From: Candidatus Moraniibacteriota bacterium | GTDB taxonomy: Bacteria > Patescibacteriota > Minisyncoccia > Moranbacterales > UBA2206 | Assembly: GCA_003482885.1 (NCBI GenBank) | Contig: DMXN01000032.1 | Coordinates: 13,129-77,128 of the forward strand | Length of the DNA stretch: 64,000 nucleotides | Reading direction: 5' to 3' | Position numbers and translations under genes: made by a program | Shown here: positions 38,343 through 47,268 of the stretch, piece by piece | Layout: every line of letters starts with the position of its first letter | Numbering within the stretch: the first letter of the stretch is position 1 | The notes under the pieces: generated by a model | Database searches by the model: none | Told to the model about the DNA's origin: nothing | Seen by the model: only the letters and a program-made list of their open reading frames with translations

Positions 38343-39032
38343 TTAAATCGCTATTCTTAAAAATCCATTCAGTGCCGCGCCTAAAAATACGCGCAATGGC
38401 GTGGAAAAAAAGAAAATAAAAAATAATAAAAGCATAAAACCGAATTGTTCCAGCATAGCTTGCGTTTCAATTTTAATCGGCAAAACGGAAAATAAAAGTT
38501 TCGATCCGTCCAGCGGCGGAATGGGAATTAAATTAAAAAACGCCAAAAAAACATTGATGATCACAATAATCATCAAAAGTTCATAGAAAATCGCGCTCAC
38601 TGATCCGGCGATAGTTGTTGACACTATTGACCATTCATTAAAAGTGTTGATAATATCTTTTTTAAAATGCAACGGCAATGCAATAAATCTTGCCGCAAGT
38701 GCCGCCAAAAAAGCCACGATTAAATTGGAGGCAGGTCCCGCCATCGCAACAATTGCCGGTCCCCATTTTTGATTTTTCAAATTATATGGATTATATGGCA
38801 CCGGTTTTGCCCAACCGAAAGCGAAGCCGAAAGAAAGATACATAAAAAGCGGAGCTAAAAATGAGCCGACAAAATCCAAATGATTGAACGGGTTAACAGT
38901 CAACCGTCCGGCATATTTGGCGGTCGCATCGCCTAGCCATAAAGCCATCACTCCATGCGAAATTTCGTGAATAATGACGGAGTAAAGCAATATGACAACA
39001 AAAAAAACGATCAAAACTATTTCATTGGCCAT
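38343..39032 (-). CDS. Site-2 protease family (M50) intramembrane metalloprotease
   Basis: An HExxH motif inside a TM segment ([17 protein letters not shown]), polytopic membrane topology, and LDGSKLL (the LDG motif). Confidence 0.7.
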   Translation of the reverse strand: MANEIVLIVFFVVILLYSVIIHEISHGVMALWLGDATAKYAGRLTVNPFNHLDFVGSFLAPLFMYLSFGFAFGWAKPVPYNPYNLKNQKWGPAIVAMAGPASNLIVAFLAALAARFIALPLHFKKDIINTFNEWSIVSTTIAGSVSAIFYELLMIIVIINVFLAFFNLIPIPPLDGSKLLFSVLPIKIETQAMLEQFGFMLLLFFIFFFSTPLRVFLGAALNGFLRIAI

Positions 39033-39105
39033 AAAATATTTGCTAAAATTATATCCTTATGCTAACCTATATTTTGTAATAAATCAACTGTTAACACTTA
39101 ATTTT

Positions 39106-39282
39106 ATGAGTCAAGTTTGCCAAGTTTGCGGCCGTGGTTCCGGATCGGGACATACCGTCAGCCATTCTAATGTTAAAACCTTGCGAAAATTTCGCGTCAA
39201 TTTGCAAAGCAAAAAAATCGATGGCGCAAAAACCAAAGTTTGCGCTAATTGCATAAAAACAATGTCAAAGAGGGGGAGATAG
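39106..39282 (+). CDS. rpmB: 50S ribosomal protein L28
   Basis: [38 protein letters not shown]…; 58 aa. Confidence 0.8.
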   Translation: MSQVCQVCGRGSGSGHTVSHSNVKTLRKFRVNLQSKKIDGAKTKVCANCIKTMSKRGR

Positions 39283-39304
39283 TTTTTCTTAATTTCGTGA
39301 ACAT

Positions 39305-39343
39305 CAAAAAATCCTCCGAGCTTTCGCAAGGCGGATTTTTTGA
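39305..39343. terminator. rpmB terminator hairpin; copy 1 of a 38-bp repeat flanking AbiE pair #3
   Basis: aaaaaatcctccgagctttcgcaaggcggatttttt. It is nearly identical to the hairpin at 40877-40914, with one mismatch in the stem. Confidence 0.55.
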
Positions 39344-39344
39344 T

Positions 39345-40175
39345 TTATAGCTTCGCATTGATTAGATTCTTTAAAATATTTTTCATATTTTTGCTGACAT
39401 TTTTTATATAATTCGCATCATCAATAAATGCTTCCAAATCCAATTCGATGCTTTTGGTGTCGGCTTTTTTAATATTGTCCAAAAGTATTTTCTTCAAGTC
39501 TTCTAAATTTTTCACATTTTCAATGCAAGAAATATTCGGAATAATTTCTTTTTCCAAATACCACATCAAATCAAAATAATCACGACCTTTAACCATCACT
39601 AAATCATTACCGTTTTTATCCGTTTTTTTCCACTGCCGGTTAAGAACCGCTCGAATTTTTGTCGCCATCAAAGTCGGCAAATCAAATGATTTTATCAAAA
39701 TAGACTTATTATATTTGAATAACGGCAAAATTTCGGTTTTATATTTTTTGCAAAAATCGAATCCGGAAAAAATTTCCACTTTCAAAAACAATAAGTCCGA
39801 CTCGCTTTTTAAGGACAAACCGATTTCATTGAGAATTGGAAATTTCAAATACACTCGAAATTTCTGCGCTGTTGTTTTGACCTGAAAACTATATTTGGCT
39901 TTAAAGAAACTTTCCAAATCACTTTTCAATTCAGTAATATCAACTTCTTTTTTCAAATCGACAAAATCCAAATCCTCGGAAAGCCGCGGCAATTTATGGC
40001 ACTGCGCAAGACACGACCCGCCATAAAAAACCAAATCGCTGTAACGCGGATGGGAATAAATAAAATCCAAAACCAAAATCTGCAAATAATCTTTGAGCAA
40101 ATTACGGTTGTACAGCGCGCTTTTCGAAGATGAATTCTGCAATAAATTTTTTAACTCTTCTTTAAGTCTTTCCAT
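39345..40175 (-). CDS. AbiEii-family nucleotidyltransferase toxin, pair #3
   Basis: LVFYGGSCLAQCHKLPRLSEDLDFVDLKK. Confidence 0.75.
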   Translation of the reverse strand: MERLKEELKNLLQNSSSKSALYNRNLLKDYLQILVLDFIYSHPRYSDLVFYGGSCLAQCHKLPRLSEDLDFVDLKKEVDITELKSDLESFFKAKYSFQVKTTAQKFRVYLKFPILNEIGLSLKSESDLLFLKVEIFSGFDFCKKYKTEILPLFKYNKSILIKSFDLPTLMATKIRAVLNRQWKKTDKNGNDLVMVKGRDYFDLMWYLEKEIIPNISCIENVKNLEDLKKILLDNIKKADTKSIELDLEAFIDDANYIKNVSKNMKNILKNLINAKL

Positions 40176-40819
40176 AGTTTTATTAAAATATTATAAAGCT
40201 CGCGCATTTTTTCTGATTTTTCCAGTTCAATATATTTTTTTAATTCGCTGATGTCATTGCTTTTTAATTCGCTTAAATTCAAACGCAATTCTTTGATCGC
40301 ACTTTCGGATAATAACATTTTTTTTCGAAAATACAAAAAATCAAAAAGCGCTTTGGCGACAGTCGCTTTTTTAAATGAAAAATTATTTTCTTTTAAAATC
40401 TTAAAACCGCAAAATAATTCAGGCTTAATGCTATGGTAATAAAAATTGTCTAAATTATTTGTCAACAGCTTTGTCTTTTTAAGAGCAACTGCCGTATAAT
40501 TTTTCGGCATTTCCGTTAAAAGATTATTTTCGGACAAAATATAATCCATGCTCAAATAGCTCGGTTCATAGATTATTCCGGAAACAAATTCTTCGTATCC
40601 GGTAAATAGATTTTTTCTTTTAATATCCTCTATATAATCAGCAGAAACATACATGCCTTTTTTAAGGCGAATGATTTTTCCGTTTTTTGAAAAACGCGAA
40701 AGCAGAACACGCAAAAAATGCCGGTTTTTTTCAATAGAAAAAACACTCTCCAGTGTAAAATACGGCAAAGTCTTCAAATGGTTTATTATATTGGCTGTTT
40801 TCGATATGTCATTTCTCAT
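40151..40819 (-). CDS. AbiEi-family antitoxin, pair #3
   Basis: …KGMYVSADY…YEPSYLSMDYILSENNLLTE; overlaps the toxin start by 25 nt. Confidence 0.7.
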   Translation of the reverse strand: MRNDISKTANIINHLKTLPYFTLESVFSIEKNRHFLRVLLSRFSKNGKIIRLKKGMYVSADYIEDIKRKNLFTGYEEFVSGIIYEPSYLSMDYILSENNLLTEMPKNYTAVALKKTKLLTNNLDNFYYHSIKPELFCGFKILKENNFSFKKATVAKALFDFLYFRKKMLLSESAIKELRLNLSELKSNDISELKKYIELEKSEKMRELYNILIKLWKDLKKS

Positions 40820-40876
40820 AATATACTACTATTGTATATTATGAGAAACAACTTGTCAAGTCAAGCAAACCAAAAC

Positions 40877-40940
40877 AAAAAAATCCTCCGAGCTTTCGCA
40901 AGGAGGATTTTTTTGTCCCCTCTCCTTGCTAAGGAGAGGG
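40877..40940. terminator. Tandem hairpins downstream of ndk: copy 2 of the 38-bp repeat plus a 10-bp-stem hairpin
   Basis: aaaaaaatcctccgagctttcgcaaggaggattttttt (perfect 13-bp stem) and ccctctcctt-gct-aaggagaggg (40918-40940). Confidence 0.55.
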
Positions 40941-40952
40941 CTAGGGTGAGGT

Positions 40953-41576
40953 TTATTCCAAAATCCCGTCCAAATTTACATCATAAAGAATTTGTTCTTG
41001 GACAAGGCGATAATTCAAAATTTCGTTTTCTGAAAACCAAATTGGGATTTCTTTTTCCGCTTCTTCCGTGTTTCCCGAAGCATGGATCAGATTGCGAATA
41101 CTTCTTTGATCAAGATCAGCCATTTGATAAGTATCCAAAGTGAAATCGCCCCGAATTGTTCCGATATCGGACGACAATGGCTCCGTTCCTCCGGTAATTT
41201 TTCTGACCAATCCCGCGGCTTGATTGCCTTGCCAGATCATCGCGATAACCGGACCAGAACTTAAATATTTGGCGTTTGATTTCATAATGGCAATGCCGTT
41301 TTCTTTGAACGAGGCAAAGGGCGATTTTAGTCCCTTTTTTTCATAAGCCGCCGCCGCTTTTCTGCCCACCTCTTCCAACCATGCGTCACCGCCTACTTCA
41401 TAATAATGCTTGGTAGCCATTTCTTCTGTCGCAATAAGCATTTTCAATGCCACCATTTTCAAACCGACTCGCTCGTACCTTTTAATAATTTCCCCGATTA
41501 AAGTTCTCTGCACTCCGTCCGGTTTGATAATAACCAGCGTCCTCTCCTTGCTTGGATGATTTTTTTTGTCCGTCAT
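40953..41576 (-). CDS. ndk: Nucleoside diphosphate kinase with an internal insertion and a C-terminal extension
   Basis: ERTLVIIKPDGVQRTLIGEIIKRYERVGLKMVALKM and NLIHASGNTEEAEKEI (catalytic His). About 207 aa against the usual ~140; a ~30-aa insert follows the HYYEV region. Confidence 0.8.
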   Translation of the reverse strand: MTDKKNHPSKERTLVIIKPDGVQRTLIGEIIKRYERVGLKMVALKMLIATEEMATKHYYEVGGDAWLEEVGRKAAAAYEKKGLKSPFASFKENGIAIMKSNAKYLSSGPVIAMIWQGNQAAGLVRKITGGTEPLSSDIGTIRGDFTLDTYQMADLDQRSIRNLIHASGNTEEAEKEIPIWFSENEILNYRLVQEQILYDVNLDGILE

Positions 41577-41687
41577 TGTTTTGATAAAATTAAAAATTAT
41601 TACTTTAATAAAAAACGGCATAAACCGTTTTCAGCCAATTTCAGTTTAGCAAAATGAGGAAAATAAATCAAACCGTTTCGCGGTTCT

Positions 41688-42866
41688 TTATTCTTTCAAG
41701 CTATCTATTTTTTTCAAATCAAAAATATTTTTTATCAGCATTTTTTTCTCAACAGCAAACTCATCAAACAGTTTTTTCTGTTCTTTATTCATTTCTGAAT
41801 TATACTTCGCTTCAATCAATGTTTTTCTTTCCGTCAAAAAATCAATTTCATTTTTTTCTCGATAAACATAGCGCGGATTGAGTTTTTTTATTTTCAAATA
41901 GACATAATTTTCAAATAAACTGCCCTTATCGCGAAAACCGGTAAAATATACGCGGATTCCCAAATCTGCGGCATAGATTTTCTTAGCGGATAATAATCGC
42001 TCGTTGGTTTTCCCGAAACGCGACACTAAAAAAATCAGATATGAATCAGCGAACATTTTCAAATATCTCTTGGCTGAATCTGGAGATATATCCAAAATTT
42101 TAGCGATTTTATTGATACTAATAATCTTGCCGGCTCTTTCCATAAGCAAAAGAAAAAAATCCTTAAGAATCTGCGTGTCTTTCACTCCATAGAAAGCGGC
42201 AATATCTTTTTGAATTATATCATCCACTAATTCTTTCAAATATTCAGTATTGCCGGTTAAGACATATTCAGGCATTCCGCCGGTTCGCATAAAATCCTCA
42301 AAATGGCGTTCCAATAAATGCTTATCAGTTTTTTTGACTATAATTTTTTTAAATCGCAAATATTCCTCAAAATCCAACGGTAAAACTTCAAGCGCGATAT
42401 TTCGTCCGGTTAAAAAAGCCTTCTTGCTTTTCAAAAGCGAAGCACTGGATGAAGAAGCGAAAATTTTAACATTTTGCTGATCATAAATATTTTTAAGCTG
42501 CAACTCAAAATCTTTTTGATAAGCGACTTCGTCCAAAAAAAGATAAACTTTTTTAGAAAAAACGATTTTATGAATTTTTCGATATTCATCGATAATTTCC
42601 AAAATATTTTTATTGGCCAAAAGATAATCATCCATACTCGCGTAAAAAATCAATTTTGGGTTGATTTTCATTTCAGCTATAAGATAATAAATAAGTTGCT
42701 TCATTAAGGTGGTTTTGCCAACACGCCGCAGTCCGGTCAAGAAAATGATCTGCTTGGTAGCTAAATTATCTTTTAGCGCTTCAAAAATTTGCGGTCTGTC
42801 AATAATGTTTTTTAGCTCAAATTCACCTTCCCACCAAGGATTATAACGATACAATATTTGTTCCAT
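41688..42866 (-). CDS. AAA+ ATPase (AAA_14 plus DUF4143 type)
   Basis: NPWWEGEFE…IIFLTGLRRVGKTTLMKQL is the Walker A region, with the typical ~390-aa architecture. Confidence 0.75.
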   Translation of the reverse strand: MEQILYRYNPWWEGEFELKNIIDRPQIFEALKDNLATKQIIFLTGLRRVGKTTLMKQLIYYLIAEMKINPKLIFYASMDDYLLANKNILEIIDEYRKIHKIVFSKKVYLFLDEVAYQKDFELQLKNIYDQQNVKIFASSSSASLLKSKKAFLTGRNIALEVLPLDFEEYLRFKKIIVKKTDKHLLERHFEDFMRTGGMPEYVLTGNTEYLKELVDDIIQKDIAAFYGVKDTQILKDFFLLLMERAGKIISINKIAKILDISPDSAKRYLKMFADSYLIFLVSRFGKTNERLLSAKKIYAADLGIRVYFTGFRDKGSLFENYVYLKIKKLNPRYVYREKNEIDFLTERKTLIEAKYNSEMNKEQKKLFDEFAVEKKMLIKNIFDLKKIDSLKE

Positions 42867-42894
42867 AAAATCGATTTAGCAATTATACCAGTAC

Positions 42895-42946
42895 TATATG
42901 ATGGCATCGTATAGTTTGTCAAGAATCTATACGATGCCATCATATA
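42895..42946. repeat. Perfect 20-bp inverted repeat with a 12-nt loop
   Basis: tatatgatggcatcgtatag-tttgtcaagaat-ctatacgatgccatcatata. It has no flanking T-run, so it is not a canonical terminator. Confidence 0.5.
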
Positions 42947-43140
42947 AACAAAAGTAGAAATCTTATATTGGTATCAGCTAATGTTTCCTTTTCTTTTTTC
43001 CGACAGCAATCGGAATTGTTTAAAAAAAAATTTAAAAAATCTTTTTCCGTTTTGGGCGAAGGGCAGAGGGGTTAGGAGTGAATGCCCAAAATCCAAAACA
43101 CAATATTTCTTTTCAAACAAACAGGCAAAAAGGAAGGGGT

Positions 43141-44661
43141 TTAAGGGGAAGGAATTTTTGCCTTTTTGTTTTCGTTCATCAATTTGCTCATTTTTATTTT
43201 TGGGTTTATCCCTAATTCAAAACATTTTCTTGCCCACGATTCGATCTTTTGTTTTAGAATTATAGAATTAATTCCAGATATTTTTTTAGGTAAATTCTTG
43301 TTTTGTATAACTAACCAAATGCAGTAATTTTTAAAATTAGTGTCTACTTTTTTTATATTTGCTTTTTTGCTAATCAGTTCTAATGTGTTATTTGCTTGAT
43401 CACAGACATAACCTAATTTTTGTGCAGTTCCAAATTTTACGGCATAAACAGTTTCACCTTTTTTTGAATCCCACGCCTCAATCAGTGTCCCAGCTTTAAC
43501 TTTAATGATTGAAAAATTTTTATCAGCATTTGTATACCCGTGTTTTTTTAGATTTTCATTAAAATCATCTTCTACCCCAGTAATTTCAAGTAAATCATTT
43601 TCCACTTCTTCAAGATCAATACTATCTATGTATTCGTTTAACTGATCTATGTAATCCTCATTAAATTTCATCCATTTACCTTGTGTTAGAAGTACATTCT
43701 GATCATCTATTATGTAATCAATAGATTCCTTTACGGTTTTTGAGAAAGGCTTTGCATCTTCTTTGATGATGTGAACTCTGATATTTAGGATTTGCTCTTT
43801 TGATATAGAATGCGTTAATATAAAAGCCTTTAATTTGTCGATTGAGAGATCTTCAAATTCACCCGAAGCATAACTGTCTAAGGAAAATTTATATTTTTCT
43901 TGTCCAGAGAAAATAAAATCAATTCCAATAAGTTCGTGACTATTTGAAGTAAAATCTGTGCCTTCCCTTGCAGAGATAATTTCTTCTACTAATTTATTCT
44001 CATACCCTTCTGTTATGGGGGTTGCATCAAGGATTACAGTTCTTGGTAGTTTAAATAATTCAGGTAACTCATAAGCTTTGATTATTGATTCTAAAAATAC
44101 CGCCAGTGTTTCTTTTTCGATTATCGGACTCAACAATGAAGAAGAGCCAAATTTGCCAGATTTACCAAAATCTTTTATAAAATCTTTCGAAATAGATGAT
44201 TGTAAATAATCAATAGATTCCCCACTTTCGATGTCTAGTTGGCTGTTTTTTGTATAGCTCTTTATTTCTTTTTTCTTTTTTCCCGCGAATTTTTTTGACG
44301 ATTTTTGTCTAATATCTTTCTGGTTTGCAATTCTTTTGGCTATATGAATACCGAAATCATGGTCACAAAATTGGCGTAGATAAAAATGTGATTTTCCATA
44401 GCTTAATGCGAAACAATATTTTTCATTTTTCCAAATATAGGCACAATAAAATATTTTATTTTCAGGTTTATCCCCAGTAAAGAAATCTTTATATGTAGTT
44501 ACCCATGGAATTTGAATCGGATCTATATCTTTAGAGAAATAAAAATCAGCCTTCCATCCATTTTGTTCGGTGGAGTTAATATTTTTAAGTCCCAATAATT
44601 CAAATTTATCTTTTAAATTAGCGACTTTATCCTTTGGAATTTTGAATATATTTAGCTTCAT
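43141..44661 (-). CDS. Hypothetical 506-aa protein linked to the type IIS R-M cluster (possible nuclease/accessory component)
   Basis: No motif recognisable by eye. It starts 2 nt after the stop of the beta-class MTase gene upstream. Acidic and Lys-rich. Confidence 0.35.
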   Translation of the reverse strand: MKLNIFKIPKDKVANLKDKFELLGLKNINSTEQNGWKADFYFSKDIDPIQIPWVTTYKDFFTGDKPENKIFYCAYIWKNEKYCFALSYGKSHFYLRQFCDHDFGIHIAKRIANQKDIRQKSSKKFAGKKKKEIKSYTKNSQLDIESGESIDYLQSSISKDFIKDFGKSGKFGSSSLLSPIIEKETLAVFLESIIKAYELPELFKLPRTVILDATPITEGYENKLVEEIISAREGTDFTSNSHELIGIDFIFSGQEKYKFSLDSYASGEFEDLSIDKLKAFILTHSISKEQILNIRVHIIKEDAKPFSKTVKESIDYIIDDQNVLLTQGKWMKFNEDYIDQLNEYIDSIDLEEVENDLLEITGVEDDFNENLKKHGYTNADKNFSIIKVKAGTLIEAWDSKKGETVYAVKFGTAQKLGYVCDQANNTLELISKKANIKKVDTNFKNYCIWLVIQNKNLPKKISGINSIILKQKIESWARKCFELGINPKIKMSKLMNENKKAKIPSP

Positions 44662-44662
44662 G

Positions 44663-45445
44663 TTAAATGTTTGGCGTTAATCTTTTTTTAGCAATCCCTA
44701 CATATTGCTTTTCTTTTTCAATCCCAATCCAATCCCGACCAAATTTTTTAGCTACAAAAGCTGTAGTTCCGCTTCCTAAGAATGGATCCAAAATAATGTC
44801 GCCCTTGCTGGAGCTTGCTAAAATTATTCTTTTTAGCATTTCTTCTGGTTTTTGAGTTGGATGCAACGCCTTACCGTCTTTGCCTCGTACTCTTTCTTTG
44901 CCTTGAACTAATGGTAATTCCCAAAAGTCACGCATTTGTTTTTCGGTTCCATCTTTTTGTTTTTCAGGATTTATTTCTTTAATTTTTTTATAATTAAAAG
45001 TCCAGCCACTACCTTTGACAGCCCAGATTACAAATTCTGTTGCGTGAGTAAACACCCTCCTTGTCATATTCGGCATGGCGTTCGTTTTATACCAAGTAAT
45101 GATGTTATTTACTTTGAAATCAAGCTGTTTTAGTACAATCATTACTTCTCCAATGTTGTGATAACTGCATGCGATGTAGATTGATCCTGTGTCTTTTAAA
45201 ACTTTGTGGCAAGCTCCGATCCATTTTCTTGTAAACTGTAAATATTCAGGCGCTGTCATTTTGTCCCAATGTTCATTTACCATATACCAATCTCCACCAG
45301 TTTTGCTACCTTGCCATTTTAAACCATTGCCAGATAAATTATATGGAGGATCAGCAAAGACAAGATCAATAGAACTCTTATCAATCTTTGTATTGAGTAT
45401 GCTTATGCAATCGTCGTTGTAGATAATATTTTTTTTCATACTCAT
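44663..45445 (-). CDS. Beta-class DNA methyltransferase (N6-adenine or N4-cytosine)
   Basis: Motif IV DLVFADPPYNLSGNG is N-terminal. Motif I DIILDPFLGSGTTAFVAKKFGRDWIGIE is C-terminal. Confidence 0.8.
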   Translation of the reverse strand: MSMKKNIIYNDDCISILNTKIDKSSIDLVFADPPYNLSGNGLKWQGSKTGGDWYMVNEHWDKMTAPEYLQFTRKWIGACHKVLKDTGSIYIACSYHNIGEVMIVLKQLDFKVNNIITWYKTNAMPNMTRRVFTHATEFVIWAVKGSGWTFNYKKIKEINPEKQKDGTEKQMRDFWELPLVQGKERVRGKDGKALHPTQKPEEMLKRIILASSSKGDIILDPFLGSGTTAFVAKKFGRDWIGIEKEKQYVGIAKKRLTPNI

Positions 45446-45448
45446 AGG

Positions 45449-47266
45449 TTAAAAATTTAGACTTTTTTGCCATGACGAAATGGCATTTGGGATATTCCTA
45501 AGCCAGCCATCTGAATCGCTAAAAGAATTTGATGAATTGATTATTTCATCGTATAGGCGAGCAATTTCGCTATGTTTTAAAAATTTATTCTCTGTTTTTA
45601 TCTGTACGAGTACTTTCAAAAGAGACACGAAATTGTTTATTGATAAAGGAATTATTTTTTGTTTATTACCCTCGTATTCATATTTTATGGCCGTCCAAAA
45701 GGTATTTATAGTATCTCTGTGCATTTGGGGAGCAATAAACAAGCAATATGTAGTTTTGTCACTATGTTTATTTTCAAAATCTCTTAAATGTCTCATCACT
45801 GGTTGCCCCTCGTTATACCACTGATCTCTGCCCGTTAGCATTGTTGCCTCACAAATAGCATTAAAACTTTGATAAAAACACTCAATATCTGGCGTGTTTG
45901 CTGGTGCTGTAAATGTTGGTTCGTTATCATCGCCGACTGGATAGTTTGGCTGTATTTTTAATGCATCGTTCAGGGCATTCAGACCCAATGATGATAACTT
46001 TTCAAGCAGTATTGGTCTGTCTTCAGATTCAAAAATATTTTCAAATTCTTGAATGTAGGATTTAATTTGTTCTGTGTCTTGTGACTTTTGATGATTTTGT
46101 TTGTCTTGTAGCTCTCTTCGATAGTTTCGCAGTTCATTGATAAATTTTTTCAATCTATCTTCATCTAGTTTTTGATAATCCAAAAATACTTTTGGCGTTA
46201 TCCTCGTTTCTCGTTCAAATAACTTTATATCTTCAAGCAATTTTATGGCAATTTCAATAAGCTTTTCTTTAGTTTCCCATGGTAATTTTGGCTCAGAGAT
46301 GTCAGAAATATAGTCTAAGTATTTCTCTTTTGATTCAAATGTCTTTGATTGAGCATTATCAAAATCCAACAAAGCATCAATTTCAACCGATCTTCTCGGC
46401 TCCAGATCAATATAAAAACCACCACCCCGTATATAAATATAGCGAGTTAGGCGGAAGTATCTGATAGCGTTGTCTCCATAGTCTTTGAGATTTTTTAGTA
46501 GCTTTTGAATTTCTGTAGTATTTGGTTTTCCAATAAATTCCCGTGCGAAAGTTTTTTTATATTTGTCTCGGATTGTTTTTTGTTCCTGCTTCGGTTTGTC
46601 TTTAAGGTCTTTTCGTAATGCGATAATTTTTTCAGAATAAATTTCTATATCTTCATAATTAACAAGGGTTGGACAAAATAAAGAAAATTCTTCCTTACTT
46701 ATTCCTTTTTCTTTTTCTCCTGATTTCCTAGATTTTTTATTTACTTCCCGAATAAGATGAAGCACGCCGACAAATGGTTCTATGTTGTATCCATCTTCAA
46801 GTTTATAGTCATCACTATCAGGGTTTGGGATTTGCCACTTGATAAAACTTCTAAAGAATATTTCACCAAGATCAAAATCGTCTTTTAGAAATAGTTTTCC
46901 TAAGCTGGTTATACAGATTTTTTCATCTTTAATGACAGCAAGCCCAAATTTTTTAAGAGGGTTTATTGATTGCCGCCCTCTCATTGAAGGATCTTTATAG
47001 TTTTTAGCATTAAAAATCGTTTCGGCTTGTTCAAAGGTAATTGTTTTTGTTTGATCGTCAATTAAATCAATTTGTTCATAAGATAATCCATTGTAAAATT
47101 GGTTGCTTCCATAGCCGTAAACCCTTTCTTTTATCAAAAGAATTTGATATTTTCTCTGACTTTCTAAATCCCACTTACAATTTTCAAGCTGTTTTAAAAC
47201 AATTAAAAAATCTCTCAATCTTTCAGGATTTCTTAGTGTTGTAGTAATTGACCAAGGTTTTTTCAT
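45449..47266 (-). CDS. AlwI/BstNBI/MlyI-family type IIS restriction (or nicking) endonuclease
   Basis: N-terminal WSITTTLRNPERL…, mid-protein IEPFVGVLHLIREVNKK and C-terminal YCLFIAPQMH…IIPLSINNFVSLLKV parallel the conserved blocks of Nt.BstNBI/AlwI-family enzymes; 605 aa. Confidence 0.65.
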   Translation of the reverse strand: MKKPWSITTTLRNPERLRDFLIVLKQLENCKWDLESQRKYQILLIKERVYGYGSNQFYNGLSYEQIDLIDDQTKTITFEQAETIFNAKNYKDPSMRGRQSINPLKKFGLAVIKDEKICITSLGKLFLKDDFDLGEIFFRSFIKWQIPNPDSDDYKLEDGYNIEPFVGVLHLIREVNKKSRKSGEKEKGISKEEFSLFCPTLVNYEDIEIYSEKIIALRKDLKDKPKQEQKTIRDKYKKTFAREFIGKPNTTEIQKLLKNLKDYGDNAIRYFRLTRYIYIRGGGFYIDLEPRRSVEIDALLDFDNAQSKTFESKEKYLDYISDISEPKLPWETKEKLIEIAIKLLEDIKLFERETRITPKVFLDYQKLDEDRLKKFINELRNYRRELQDKQNHQKSQDTEQIKSYIQEFENIFESEDRPILLEKLSSLGLNALNDALKIQPNYPVGDDNEPTFTAPANTPDIECFYQSFNAICEATMLTGRDQWYNEGQPVMRHLRDFENKHSDKTTYCLFIAPQMHRDTINTFWTAIKYEYEGNKQKIIPLSINNFVSLLKVLVQIKTENKFLKHSEIARLYDEIINSSNSFSDSDGWLRNIPNAISSWQKSLNF

Positions 47267-47268
47267 AA

